32,638 nt of DNA from Nemertoderma westbladi (GCA_032718475.1 JAUCBJ010006184.1:1-32638); one strand, 5' to 3'. Shown: positions 12,170 through 22,436, counted from the stretch's first letter. Numbers and translations: made by a program. Notes: generated from the letters alone by a model not told the origin.

Positions 12170-12530
12170 CGATCCCCAATTAAATGTCTTAACTTTTCAA
12201 TTTCGTAAAATATAGACTTCATGATTATCTACAAGCAACCAAAATGTCAGCTTTAGAAAACGAGGCATCCCCGAGAATTTAACATTTTTCTGAAAACACA
12301 TAATCTGTCGTAGATGACGTCAGACTGCATAATTTGTCACCAAACTTTACAAATTTTCTAAACTTTCCCTGGACTACTTTCCTACTAAGTTTGGTTCAAT
12401 TCCGAGCCAGCGATGCCGAGAAATTTGCTTTCAAAAATTTACTAGACTAACAGACAGAGAGACGGACGGTCATTCACCATTTACCCTAAATAAACTATGC
12501 CAAGGCTCGCCGACTACGTGTCTCGCCCCA
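12170..12530. mobile_element. Possible non-autonomous Helentron/HINE-like remnant (approximate bounds)
   Basis: AAGTTTGGTTCAATTCCG followed by an ACAGACAGAGAGACGGACGG microsatellite-like tract and a GC-rich end; layout resembles DINE-1-like elements but termini were not defined. Confidence 0.3.
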
Positions 12531-13539
12531 CAGTCACACTTGCCAGATCAGCAACTAGGTGTTTAAGAGACGCCCTATTAACCACTACTGGTTACACACG
12601 CCCTTTTTTTTTATTGACACCGACAAACAGAAGGAATAATCCACAAGCTTTTGTAAGCCTGCAGCTTACAGCTGGTGATGTTCATAAAAATTCAACGTTA
12701 TCTCAACTTGTCACGGTTTATTTGTTCTAAACGTTGTTGGTTCGATTGGACCTCTCGCGTCTATTAATTATTTATACCTATACATATACGTTATATTGTG
12801 ATAACTTCCTTCTAAGATAGCAGCGGCCGACATGATACATCCCTCTCGCGCGCTCCCCTGTAGGGTGATGCAGGATTTTGGAAACCATAATTTTCCAAAT
12901 ATTTTATGGAGCTGAAATTTTCACCGAATATTTCGAGTTTATCCTAATCATCTCTCTCACCTTCATAAATGAACAAAAGTTAACCTTATATTGTTGTTCA
13001 GTTTGTTGACAAGAGGTATTTCGTTAATATTTATAACAAGATGTATTATTGAAACCACCAAATATCTTGTCATTTTCACAATCCAGCTACCCAATTTAGA
13101 CTTAGTAACATATGTGACACATGCATGACAATATTATCTTGTCAAATTATTTAACCCGATATGCAGTCAATTTGAGTAGAAATGTTGTGGTCACTGTGTG
13201 ACAATACATGTTTTGGTCAGTTTAACCAATCTTTTCAAATCTTTCAAATACAAAACTTAACCTCCGCGTGAATAGATCAAAAACATCTTCCGAGGAATTA
13301 ACAATAAATACTTAGTCAGTCTGTTTCCACTGGACCACACTGGTAATTATAGAAAGAATATTAAATATTATTATTATTTCACAATTTAATTACACAAGAC
13401 TTTGAAGCAAAATCAATCTGCATTACATATAGATACAATATATTTACTATTACTACTATCAATACCGATATTAATTAGGCCTATTTACCTCAAGTAATCT
13501 AGCACTTTATAAGATTACAGTTCAGTGCGAGGATTTTAT

Positions 13540-14650
13540 ATTATTATTATTATTATTGTATATTACCCGGACTATGCCGGTATCGTTAAAAACAGGAAAC
13601 ATAAATAAAATTGAATCGCTCCAAACGAATACAAATGACAAAAATTAAAATCGCTCCATAAATAATAAGGTAGGCCTATCCCTACTGCTTGAAGTACTGT
13701 AAGATTCTTTTTTCCGTTTTGCTACAAGGGATATGGTACTGGCAAAGCAATTCCGAAAGAAGTTTATGTTAATTCTATCAGATATGGCTAGAGCGCCAGG
13801 CAGTACTCGGTTTTTAAGGCTACGGAGGTGGAACTTCGAAAATGTTAAAGACCTAATATTTGGAAGCGGAAAGGTGGATGTAATTTGTTATAAGTTCTTC
13901 TAAGTGATGAACTCCCACCGATAGTATACCTGGGATCGTTCCTAACACAAGCATGTTAAAGATAAGGCATATAGGTTTAAAAGGACATGTTGCTAATACT
14001 CAGGGTGATGCTGCTAAGTTTTCATTATATTAACACGCTCATAAAAAAGGAAAGATGGAATTATAAAATCTGGTTATTTATTGATATATTTGAACTGAGA
14101 CATAAAGAAATAGTTGCAAATGAAATGTAATTTATTATTTTGGCGTAAACTGCAGTATTGTTTCTATTTGAAAATAGTTTTAGAACGTCGAAATGATACG
14201 CATAAACAAAAGGACATTGGAGAATAATAATATACAATCGATCAAGGAAACGATCAAAAAATAGGGGAAAAGTAAAGAAGATTCGAAAAGAAATAAAGCG
14301 GTAAAAATGGAGCGGTAAATTGAACGGAAGAATAACAGACGTAAATAAATGAGACGAACTGTTGTAGAGCGGTAAAAAATCTTGTGCGTCACCCAGTAAT
14401 ATAAAAAGGCGTGGAATGAAGAGCAATTTGATATTTAAAGAGATTGAAAGCTGAATTACTTGGGATGGGGATAATTGAAAGGTCAATCAGGAAGGCTAGA
14501 TTGTGTTTGTCTTTGGAAAAGGTGTGAAGTGAATCTCTATTTTGATTGGTTAGAGCAGTGATGTATTAATTAATTTACAATGTGGATGGATAGAGAGGGG
14601 ATGATCCTTGCTGTCAGAAATGTACACGAACCAATATCTGACTCTCGCCC
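13540..14650 (-). mobile_element. Possible highly decayed LINE 3' fragment (approximate bounds)
   Basis: On the - strand it ends in a small CCGG stem-loop plus (AAT)n tail at ~13540-13580; faint post-RT-like peptides (RVRYWFVYISD, RLLFFRSIYRS); no intact ORF. Confidence 0.3.
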
Positions 14651-14677
14651 AAATGAAATATTAATTTGATATGTGAT

Positions 14678-14813
14678 ATGGTCAGCCAACCCGCCGAGAG
14701 CCTTGTAAGGGGATCACAGGCAGCCTACTGAGAAATGATTGATGAGATACTAATATACTGTATAATGGTCAGCTAGCCCGCCGAGAGACTTGTAAGGGGA
14801 TCACGGGCAGCCT
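14678..14813. repeat. Two ~49-bp direct repeats, 87-bp period
   Basis: ATGGTCAGCYARCCCGCCGAGAGMCTTGTAAGGGGATCACRGGCAGCCT at 14678 and 14765. Confidence 0.85.
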
Positions 14814-14955
14814 TCTTATGAAAACCACAAGACTGCCGGACGTCGTCAAGCGTCTCAGGGTCAAAGGAGGATATCTACGCTATTATTTATTAAATTAGCC
14901 GAGAATCAAATAAAGACATTTAGACCAGCAAGAATGAAAAGTAATAAATATTACA

Positions 14956-15347
14956 TTGTAAACCAAATGGCCAGCGTTGGTTTGTGTAAACCAAATGGCC
15001 AGCGTTGGTTTGTGTAAACCAAATGGCAAGCGTTGGTTTGTGTAAAACATTGGCCATCGTTGGATTTTGTAAACCAATGGCCAGCGTTGGCATTGTGTAA
15101 ACCAATGGCCAGGGTTGGTTTGTGTAAACCAATGGCCATCGTTGGATTTTGTAAACCAATGGCCCGCGTTGGCATTGTGTAAACCAATGGCCAGCGTTGT
15201 ATTGTGTAAATCAATGGCCAGCATTGGCATTGTGTAAACCAATGGCCAGCGTTGGCATTGTTTAAACCAATGGCCAGCGTTGGATTGTGTAAACCAATGG
15301 CCAGCGTTGGCATTGTGTAAACCAATGGCCAGCGTTGGATTGTGTAA
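14956..15347. repeat. 27-28 bp minisatellite, ~14 copies
   Basis: Unit AAACCAATGGCCAGCGTTGGCATTGTGT with variants. Confidence 0.95.
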
Positions 15348-15384
15348 GAAATATGGAGTGTAATATAAAAGTACTCGATAAGGA

Positions 15385-17082
15385 ATTGGGTGTACTTTTA
15401 TTTGAAAATTTGAAAATTTATAATTTTGGTGCAGCACCATTTTTGATACAAAAAAAGACCATGAAACACCCAAAAATTTCTAACTATTTTGCTATCTTCG
15501 AAATCAGCTCCGAAAATCACCTTATAGGTGATTTTCGACCCGATGCAGAGTGCATATAGGCGGTACTATGGTACCGAGACTGCATTGTTAAAGGTGAACA
15601 ATGATATAATGTGTGATATCGATGGAGGCTCAGCTGTTCTTTTAATTTTATTAGATTTAAGCGCAGCCTTTGATACTGTGGAGTATAGTAAACTACTAGA
15701 ACTTTTGGAAAACGATATTGGTATTAGAGGAGCTGCGTTAGATTGGTTTGTATCATATCTATACGGACGAACACAACAGGTTAAAGTCGGGAACACCTAT
15801 TCTGGGTGCCAGAAGCTAATGTATGGGCTCCCCCAGGGTTGAGGTATTAGAAAGCGCGAGCACATAACCCCAGTACTGAAACGCCTCCACTGGCTCCCAA
15901 TTAATAGGCGTATTGAATATAAATTAGCTATGTTGTCATACAAGTGCTGGAACGGTACCGCGCCGGGCTATCTCTGCGAACTGCTCAAGCGATATACACC
16001 CGGGAGGGACTTACGTTCGGGCGGTGAGGGATTATTGGTTGTACCCCGATACAACCTTGAGAGCTATGGAAGGCGCGCGTTCTCTGTTGCGGCACCTCGC
16101 ATTTGGAATTCCTTACCTAAAGACATACGCCTGGCCAGTACCCTTGGTATTTTTAAAGAAAAACTGAAAACTCATTATTATGTACAGGAATATTGCTGAA
16201 GCAATTTTTTAAAATAGTTCTAACTTTTTACTTGATTGTGTTTTTTACTTATGTTTTTTAGTGTTCTTTAGCCAGTTTTTTTATAGAAAATACCTACGTA
16301 CACGCAGTACATACCAACACATACACTACACAGCGCCTTGAAATAGTGCTTAGAAAGGCGCTTTATAAATATTATTATTATTATTATTATTATTATAGGT
16401 ATTAAAACCATAAAAGAAGATTATTTTTTACAAAATTTTAAAAGTGGTCACTTTTGGTACATGTTTGGCCAATTGTAATCAGGAGGAAATTGTTATGTAA
16501 TTTTTCTCGTGCTAGCTTTTTTGGTACACTTCCTCTATCTACTTTTTCTACTTCTATCTTCACTACTCAACCGATTTTCGTTCTGTTTGCGGAATTATGT
16601 AGATGAATATTTCGCCAAAAAATTGTGTTTACATAATTTTGAAATTTTGTTTCAAAAAAAGTTATGGCAGTTTTGTGTAAAAAGTCGCGAAATTTTCTAT
16701 TTTTTCGAATTCTTTCGGTACCTTTGAAACGAAAAATCACATAACTTTTTTATGAAACAAAATTTCAGAATTCTGACAACAAATTTTTAGGCGGAATATT
16801 CCTCTACAAAACAGAACGAAAATCGGTTGAGTAGTTAAATGGTAGATAGAGAAAGTGTCCCAAAAAAGCAACACGAGAAAAATGACATTAAAATTTTCTC
16901 CTGATTACAAATGACCGAACATGTACCAAAACTGAACGCTTTAGAAATTTTTTCAAAAATGTTTTATGGTTTTGATACCTAGGTTAATTTTCGGCACTGA
17001 TTCTGAAGATAGCACAATTGTTCGAAATTTTTGGGGGTTTGATGGTCTTTTCTGGTGTCAAAAGCGAATAAAATGTACCTAC
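15385..17082. mobile_element. Foldback/MITE-type long inverted-repeat element interrupted by a LINE (outer ends approximate)
   Basis: Left arm (~15440-15529 joined to 16401-16666) is the reverse complement of ~16740-17065, e.g. CTACTCAACCGATTTTCGTTCTGTTT / AAACAGAACGAAAATCGGTTGAGTAG and GCTATCTTC / GAAGATAGC; spacer ~70 bp. Confidence 0.8.
15530..16392 (+). mobile_element. 5'-truncated, internally deleted L2-group non-LTR retrotransposon
   Basis: RT motifs QSAYR..TETALLKV, LLDLSAAFDTV and GLPQG, then C-terminal HITPVLKRLHWLP...RAFSVAAPRIWNSLP...FKEKLKTH; 3' stem-loop AGCGCCTT/AAGGCGCT (16332-16362), (ATT)n tail, flanking direct repeat TTATAGGT at 15522-15529 and 16393-16400. Confidence 0.93.
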
Positions 17083-17339
17083 AAGCATGTAAAACTATAT
17101 ATGTCCGTAATTTGCCTGTTGTGGTAGTTTACCAATATCTTGATATTAATAAGAATCTCTAATTATATCTATGTAACTTATAAGGAATATAATAAAGCGG
17201 GCATGAATAAGATAAAGCCGAAAATATAATCCCATATTCTCTAAAAATGTATTACACCAGCTGCAGTCATGTAATCCCAAAAATTCAAGGAATTATCACG
17301 GAAAAGTTAGGCAAAATTTAACCTAAAATAGAGTGGAAC

Positions 17340-17470
17340 CCTGTAAAAGAGAACATGGTATGGTCTCTTAGAATAATAACACGGACTCGTAAAATAGAAC
17401 AAGGTCTCTTAAAATAAGAACACTGACTCTTAAAACATAACACGGACTCTTGAAATAGGAACACGGACTA
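17340..17470. repeat. Degenerate ~21-bp tandem repeat just 3' of the CRAL-TRIO stop
   Basis: About 5-6 copies of CTTAAAATAAGAACACGGACT-like units. Confidence 0.7.
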
Positions 17471-17491
17471 TGTTAAACGAGTTGGGGGTAG

Positions 17492-18262
17492 TCAATTATC
17501 GTTGGCGCTCAACGCAATCTTCTTTTCAGCCGCCCATTGCTGTATTTTATCCACATACTTTACAAGCTCCAATTCAGCCACGAACCTGATGCTCTGCGCA
17601 CAGCGTTTACCTACTATCAAATTCTTGAATAACTCCCACGTTGTAGCGAATGCATCCGGCATTTCGCTTACAAGAATATAAGCCAACTGATCTGGATATA
17701 AACTCTTATGGCATTTGATTGTAAAACTGAACAGCCCGAAATCGAAACTGTTAATCCCTGCGCCGTCTATATCAAATAACACCGTCAATCTCGAGCGATC
17801 GTCGATTTCATTCAAAATCTCATTCTCAATGATGAATATCAGCAGATGTTTCGCATCTTCGCTTTGTTTTTTGTGGTAGAGTGTGTTTCTTATGGTCAAT
17901 ATCTTGTTGCCAGCATCATCGACTTCCCCTAAAGCAAAACAGTTGCTCGATAGCAACTCGTTCACTTTCGACGGATTCATCGCGTTTTTAACACCGAAAT
18001 TTTTTCGCCAAAGGAAGTTTTTCTGGATGTTCCTCGCGGCGGCGCTGCAAACATCGACTGCTTTGCGATTGTGGCGAATGTATCGCCAAACCCAATAATC
18101 CTTCCGCTTGATGCTCTCCACGTCGGCGGAGTAAAACGACTCATTTTGGATGTATTCCGTGGAATCCTCCAAAAATTTTCTGCGCACATTCGCTATCAGT
18201 TGATAATGCCCATTTGTAAAAGGAATTATGGGGAACATGTTTTCTAATTCTGGTAGAGCCAT
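17492..18262 (-). CDS. CRAL-TRIO (Sec14-like) lipid-binding protein, MOSPD2-like, lacking MSP and transmembrane domains; uninterrupted CDS
   Basis: 256-aa ORF with in-frame TAA immediately before the ATG. LIANVRRKF, YSADVE, FLWRK, DDAGNKIL, TVLFDIDGAGINSFD and YPDQLAYILVSEMP match the MOSPD2 N-terminus (LISETRRRF, YDARDVE, FQWRK, DKEGNKLF, TVMFDLSETGINSID, YPKYLSKIVIFDMP). Confidence 0.88.
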   Translation of the reverse strand: MALPELENMFPIIPFTNGHYQLIANVRRKFLEDSTEYIQNESFYSADVESIKRKDYWVWRYIRHNRKAVDVCSAAARNIQKNFLWRKNFGVKNAMNPSKVNELLSSNCFALGEVDDAGNKILTIRNTLYHKKQSEDAKHLLIFIIENEILNEIDDRSRLTVLFDIDGAGINSFDFGLFSFTIKCHKSLYPDQLAYILVSEMPDAFATTWELFKNLIVGKRCAQSIRFVAELELVKYVDKIQQWAAEKKIALSANDN

Positions 18263-18778
18263 TTATGAAGAAATCAACGCCTGAAATCGACAGCAAATCT
18301 ACGGAATAAACTAATTTAAATGCTTTGCTGCATGCAAGAAACATTTGCCACAATCGAATAATTATTTGATTCACCCCTCAGCTATTTATACAAGTTTGTA
18401 GACGAAAGCAATGGAGAGGGTAAATGGGCAAGGAGGAATGAGGTCTCCTTCCTCCATGCTCATTACATCAATAGTTACTCTGTGTTTTTCCTTACGTTCG
18501 GATTTCCTTTTTTACCTACAGCGCACGTAGCGCAGATACAGTATGTGAAATGAATGTCTAAATGGATTTTGAAGGTAGCGAGATAAAATCGAATAGAATA
18601 CATCGGATATTCTAACAATATAAATGGGTTTTCAAGGAAGCTGGATAACATGTAATATAGTTGAATATTTATTAAAGTAAAGTATATGCATGGCCAGAGC
18701 GTAGGTGTAAAGAATGTGAACGTGCAACACGCAATACTGCGGGCGGGGGCAACTATAACACGCATCTATCGGCTGATA

Positions 18779-18963
18779 GACGGCAGGGTGAAAGACGGCG
18801 GGGTAGCTCAGTTGGTTGAGCGCCCCGCATGCAATCTAGAGGTTGTAGGTTCAGCCCCGCCAGGGTCCACTCAGCCTTAGCCCGCCCCTACCCTCGGGTA
18901 GCACCTATCGAAAGAGGAGCCTTCGGGTCGCCTCCGGCCTCGGACGACTGTTTGCTTTGCTTG
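18779..18963 (+). mobile_element. Short tRNA-derived SINE with TSD
   Basis: tRNA-like head GGGGTAGCTCAGTTGGTTGAGCG...GGTTCAGCCCC, (TTTGC)n tail, 11-bp TSD ATCGGCTGATA at 18768-18778 and 18964-18974. Confidence 0.85.
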
Positions 18964-19354
18964 ATCGGCTGATACCGCATATGCGGTAACACACCGGCCG
19001 GCAGCTGCACCCACATATTCTGATGTTCACTCATTCGCGTGCGTGTTCAAAAGAGAGACTGACTTTAGTACTTTAGTTCAATAGCCATATTTTTATATTT
19101 TCATTCAATTTGAGGAATGAAAGCATTTCGTTTATGTGTGAATAGTGTTGGTGCGCGAACAAATTGTTGGGGAAAGTGGGGTACCAAGGTGCCCTGAATC
19201 GAGTGGCGGGGTGTGTTTTTGTAAAAACACGAGGAAACGGTTGAAATGGCCATACAATTTCCTATAATTTGTTGAATTTTGTGTACCGACATACCATTTA
19301 ACACTTTAAAACTTCCTTATTCGACTAAAATGTGAATGGCATTGTGACTAAAAC

Positions 19355-20556
19355 CAGTGCCGAATTACCCAATGTGCACATTGTTCACGTGCATAGGGGC
19401 CCCCACCACTCATAATCAAAAAATTATTAAAAAATAAACTGAAAAAATATACAGAACCAGACAGGTGTTTCGGACATAAATGTTCAGTGATTTATTAGAA
19501 GGCCTAAAATGTTTCAGTTTGATGTGGGGCGATTTCTCAAATATAATTTATATAGGGCCTTCGTGCAGCTCGTATTGGTGATCAGCATCCTAGAAAAACC
19601 ATAATGTCATAAAATCAGGTTGTTTTGGTAATGATTTATGATTATCAAATTTGTGCTACTTGCATTTTTCGCCATGCCATAATCGACAAGGTACGATATT
19701 TTTCAGTGTCATATTTGTGATCAGCATCCCAATAATCCATAAGATTAAATGGTCATAAAATTAATAAAATTTTGTGGTTTTTTTTCATTATCATATAGTT
19801 CCACTACTTGTTTTTTTCGTGTCCCTGGGGGTACATTCAAAATTTTAAAAAAATGTTCTCGAATGTTATATTTGAGTTCTATAATCGTAATCAGCATCCA
19901 AAAAAACGCTATATACCGCAAATAAATTAATTTATGTATGCCATAACAACTTTTGAAAATTTTAGCACGACAAATACTGGAAATGTGTGTCAGAAAGAGA
20001 CCACAACACGAAAAATAACATAGCCATGTAAAGGACATTTGTTCTGTTGGATATCCCATCGAATTTTAGAAAAGTTAACGAAATCTCGGCCCAAATAGTG
20101 TTAAATATAACTAAACAAATCCACACAGGGGGCCCACATCAGACATATGCACAGCGGTGATCATAGACTTGATCCGGTGTAACAGGCTGAGATCACTCCC
20201 CACCAAATATGACCCCCCCCCCCCCCCCCCCCAGTCTTCTCAGCCTAGGCTGAGGACACTCCCCAGTTTTCTCCCTAGATTTCTTAAGTAACGGAAAGGA
20301 GCAGGTTAAAGTGGCGGGCTTTTCTATCCAAAACAATAAACGATATCTCAATAACATGTTACAGTTTTATTTTTCCAATATACGAAACTAACACAGGTGC
20401 GGATATGAATTATAACTCAATTAGGGGAGTCATCTCAGCCTAAGTGGGAGTGTTCTCAGCCTAGGCTGAGATAACTGGGGAGTGTTCTCAGCCTAGGCTG
20501 AGATAACTGGGGAGTCATTTCAAAGGGGATTATCTCAGCCTTGTACACCGGCTCTG
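19355..20556. mobile_element. Non-autonomous hAT-type element with its right TIR interrupted
   Basis: 8-bp TSD ACTAAAAC at 19347-19354 and 20557-20564; left end CAGTGCCGAATTA; right end reconstructs to TGATCCGGCTCTG once the nested insert is removed; GGGGCCC and TGCACA subterminal motifs at both ends. Confidence 0.85.
20178..20547. mobile_element. Ginger1-type non-autonomous DNA transposon (370 bp)
   Basis: TGTAACAGGCTGAGAT ... ATCTCAGCCTTGTACA ends (TGT...ACA), flanked by CCGG at 20174-20177 and 20548-20551; CCGG-specific TSDs are characteristic of Ginger1; three internal CTCAGCCTAGGCTGAG palindromes. Confidence 0.82.
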
Positions 20557-21072
20557 ACTAAAACACACAACGTTTCTTCGTAAATTCCAACCGTGAATAT
20601 ATTTTAATATTTATGAAACTTTTAATGTTATTATGTTTGTTATTAACTGTAAAAATTTAATAAACAATAACAAAAATCCACAATACTATGTATACAACTA
20701 TATTGACATAATGTAGTACCTGGTGGATACCACTGGGCAACCGGTTCCTTTATCCCATCATAGTCGAACATAGGTCGAACCCCTCTGGTCGGATACATCT
20801 CGTCTCGTCCAGATATGTATGGACTTTCGACGCAATAACATCCGACGCAAATTCATACATCTCGAGGGGAAAATCGATGCAAATACCAGCTGAATACTCT
20901 CAAAAGTAAAACTGTAACCTGTTCTATTGACTTTGGTTTATTGTTTTTGTCGGAATAACGTGCCACTAACCCGCTCCCCCTTAATGGATATTCGCCGAGA
21001 TTAGCGTCAATCCCCCCCCCCCTTGTCTTCTTTGAATATTTGTTATAGTTAATGGTTAATGTGCTTTTATAG

Positions 21073-21358
21073 ATTCGGCGACTCAGGGAGGTTGAACGCG
21101 ACAAAAACAGGCGTCGTCAATTCGAGTTGGAAGCCAAGAGACAGAAGCAGGAAGCGTTGCTACGCAACCACATCAACAGCGTGGACCCGAGCAACGCGAA
21201 CGCGGAGGCTGTGGACGGGGCGGAAGTGGTAGAGGGGTCGCCCCCGAAGGAAATATCATCGAGCAAATTCTACGGGGACATAGACGTCGATAGCGACGCC
21301 AAGGAGTCGAATAAAGCCGTCGAACCTACGGCCAATGCATCCAAGGGTGATAGTAAAG
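21073..21358 (+). CDS. BAZ1A: BAZ1A/ACF1-like internal exon, charged coiled coil and linker
   Basis: cttttatag| ... AAAG|gttggt; 286 nt, phase 0 to 1. IRRLREVERDKNRRRQFELEAKRQKQEALL...ASKGDSK is a GC-rich coding island phase-compatible with both flanking exons. Confidence 0.78.
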
Positions 21359-21408
21359 GTTGGTTGATGTGGTACACACTGGTGCACCCTTATAACAACC
21401 TCTCCCAT

Positions 21409-22176
21409 GTATGGTGGCCCTGAGCGGCCAATTTTTGTAATCTATTTTTTTTTTTGTTTCCCCGACTTTTGCAAACTCGTTCGAAAGAGCTCGCAAAAGT
21501 CGGGGAAACAAACTTGATTGGGTGTTTGTTGTTATAGAAACCACTCCAGCCAATTAGATTTGTTCCCCCGACTTGCAAACTCGTTCGAAAGAGCTCGCAA
21601 AAGTCGGGGAAACAAACTTGATCGGGTATTTGTTGGTATAGAAACCTCTCCAACCAATTTGATTTGTTCCCCCGACTTGCAAACTCGTTCGAAAGAGCTC
21701 GCAAAAGTCGGGGAAACAAACTTGATTGGGTGTTTGTTGTTATAGAAACCACTCCAGCCAATTAGATTTGTTCCCCCGACTTGCAAACTCGTTCGAAAGA
21801 GCTCGCAAAAGTCGGGGAAACAAACTTGATCGGGTATTTGTTGGTATAGAAACCTCTGCAGCCAATTTGATTTGTTCCCCCGACTTGCAAACTCGTTCGA
21901 AAGAGCTCGCAAAAGTCGGGGAAACAAACTTGATCGGGTATTTGTTGGTATAGAAACCACTCCAGCCAATTAGATTTGTTCCCCGAATTTTATAAAGTCG
22001 TTCGAACGAGTTTACAAAAGTCGGGGAAACAAACTTGATCGGGTGTTTGCTGGTATAGAAACCACTCCAGCCAATTAGATTTGTTTCCCCGAATTTTATA
22101 AAGTCGTTCGAACGAGTTTGCAAAAGTCGGGGGAACAAAAAAAAATTACAAAACTGGCCGCTCAGGGCCGCCATAC
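21409..22176. mobile_element. Unclassified TIR element (768 bp) filled with a ~104-bp tandem hairpin array
   Basis: 22-bp TIR GTATGGYGGCCCTGAGCGGCCA (1 mismatch); CCAT on both flanks (21405-21408, 22177-22180); 7 copies of a ~56-bp imperfect palindrome centred on TTCGAA. Confidence 0.85.
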
Positions 22177-22436
22177 CCATGGATGATTTACTATTCTTAA
22201 ACAATATAATAATATAATAATAATATACTAAAAAACTTCTGATCTCAAATTTAATGTAGGACATAACTTACTTTAGTATCACATAATTTATATCGCCAGT
22301 CAGGGCCGGACACACTATCTCTCATTTTATTGTTATTCGTGTCCGACCATGACTTACCATAACAGTAGGTCCGACCTACCAACAACTATAACATTTAGTG
22401 CAATTTCAATAAATAAATTTTATGATAAGAAAATAT

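Noticed and set aside
14895-15473. Repetitive ORFs in three minus-strand frames
   Set aside because: Translations of the 27-28 bp minisatellite.
18796-18870. Functional tRNA gene
   Set aside because: Stems do not pair properly, the T loop is degenerate, and it is followed by a SINE body, simple-repeat tail and TSD.
21454-22140. CRISPR-like palindromic repeat/spacer array
   Set aside because: The spacers are near-copies of one another, repeats are ~56 bp, there are no cas genes, the context is eukaryotic and the array is bounded by TIRs and a TSD.
21326-22264. Overlapping ORFs of 75-174 aa
   Set aside because: By-products of the 104-bp tandem unit.
22301-22350. CAGGGCCGGACAC as the left TIR of a hAT element carrying the 33-bp satellite
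   Set aside because: No matching right TIR or TSD found in the window; only a local imperfect hairpin.
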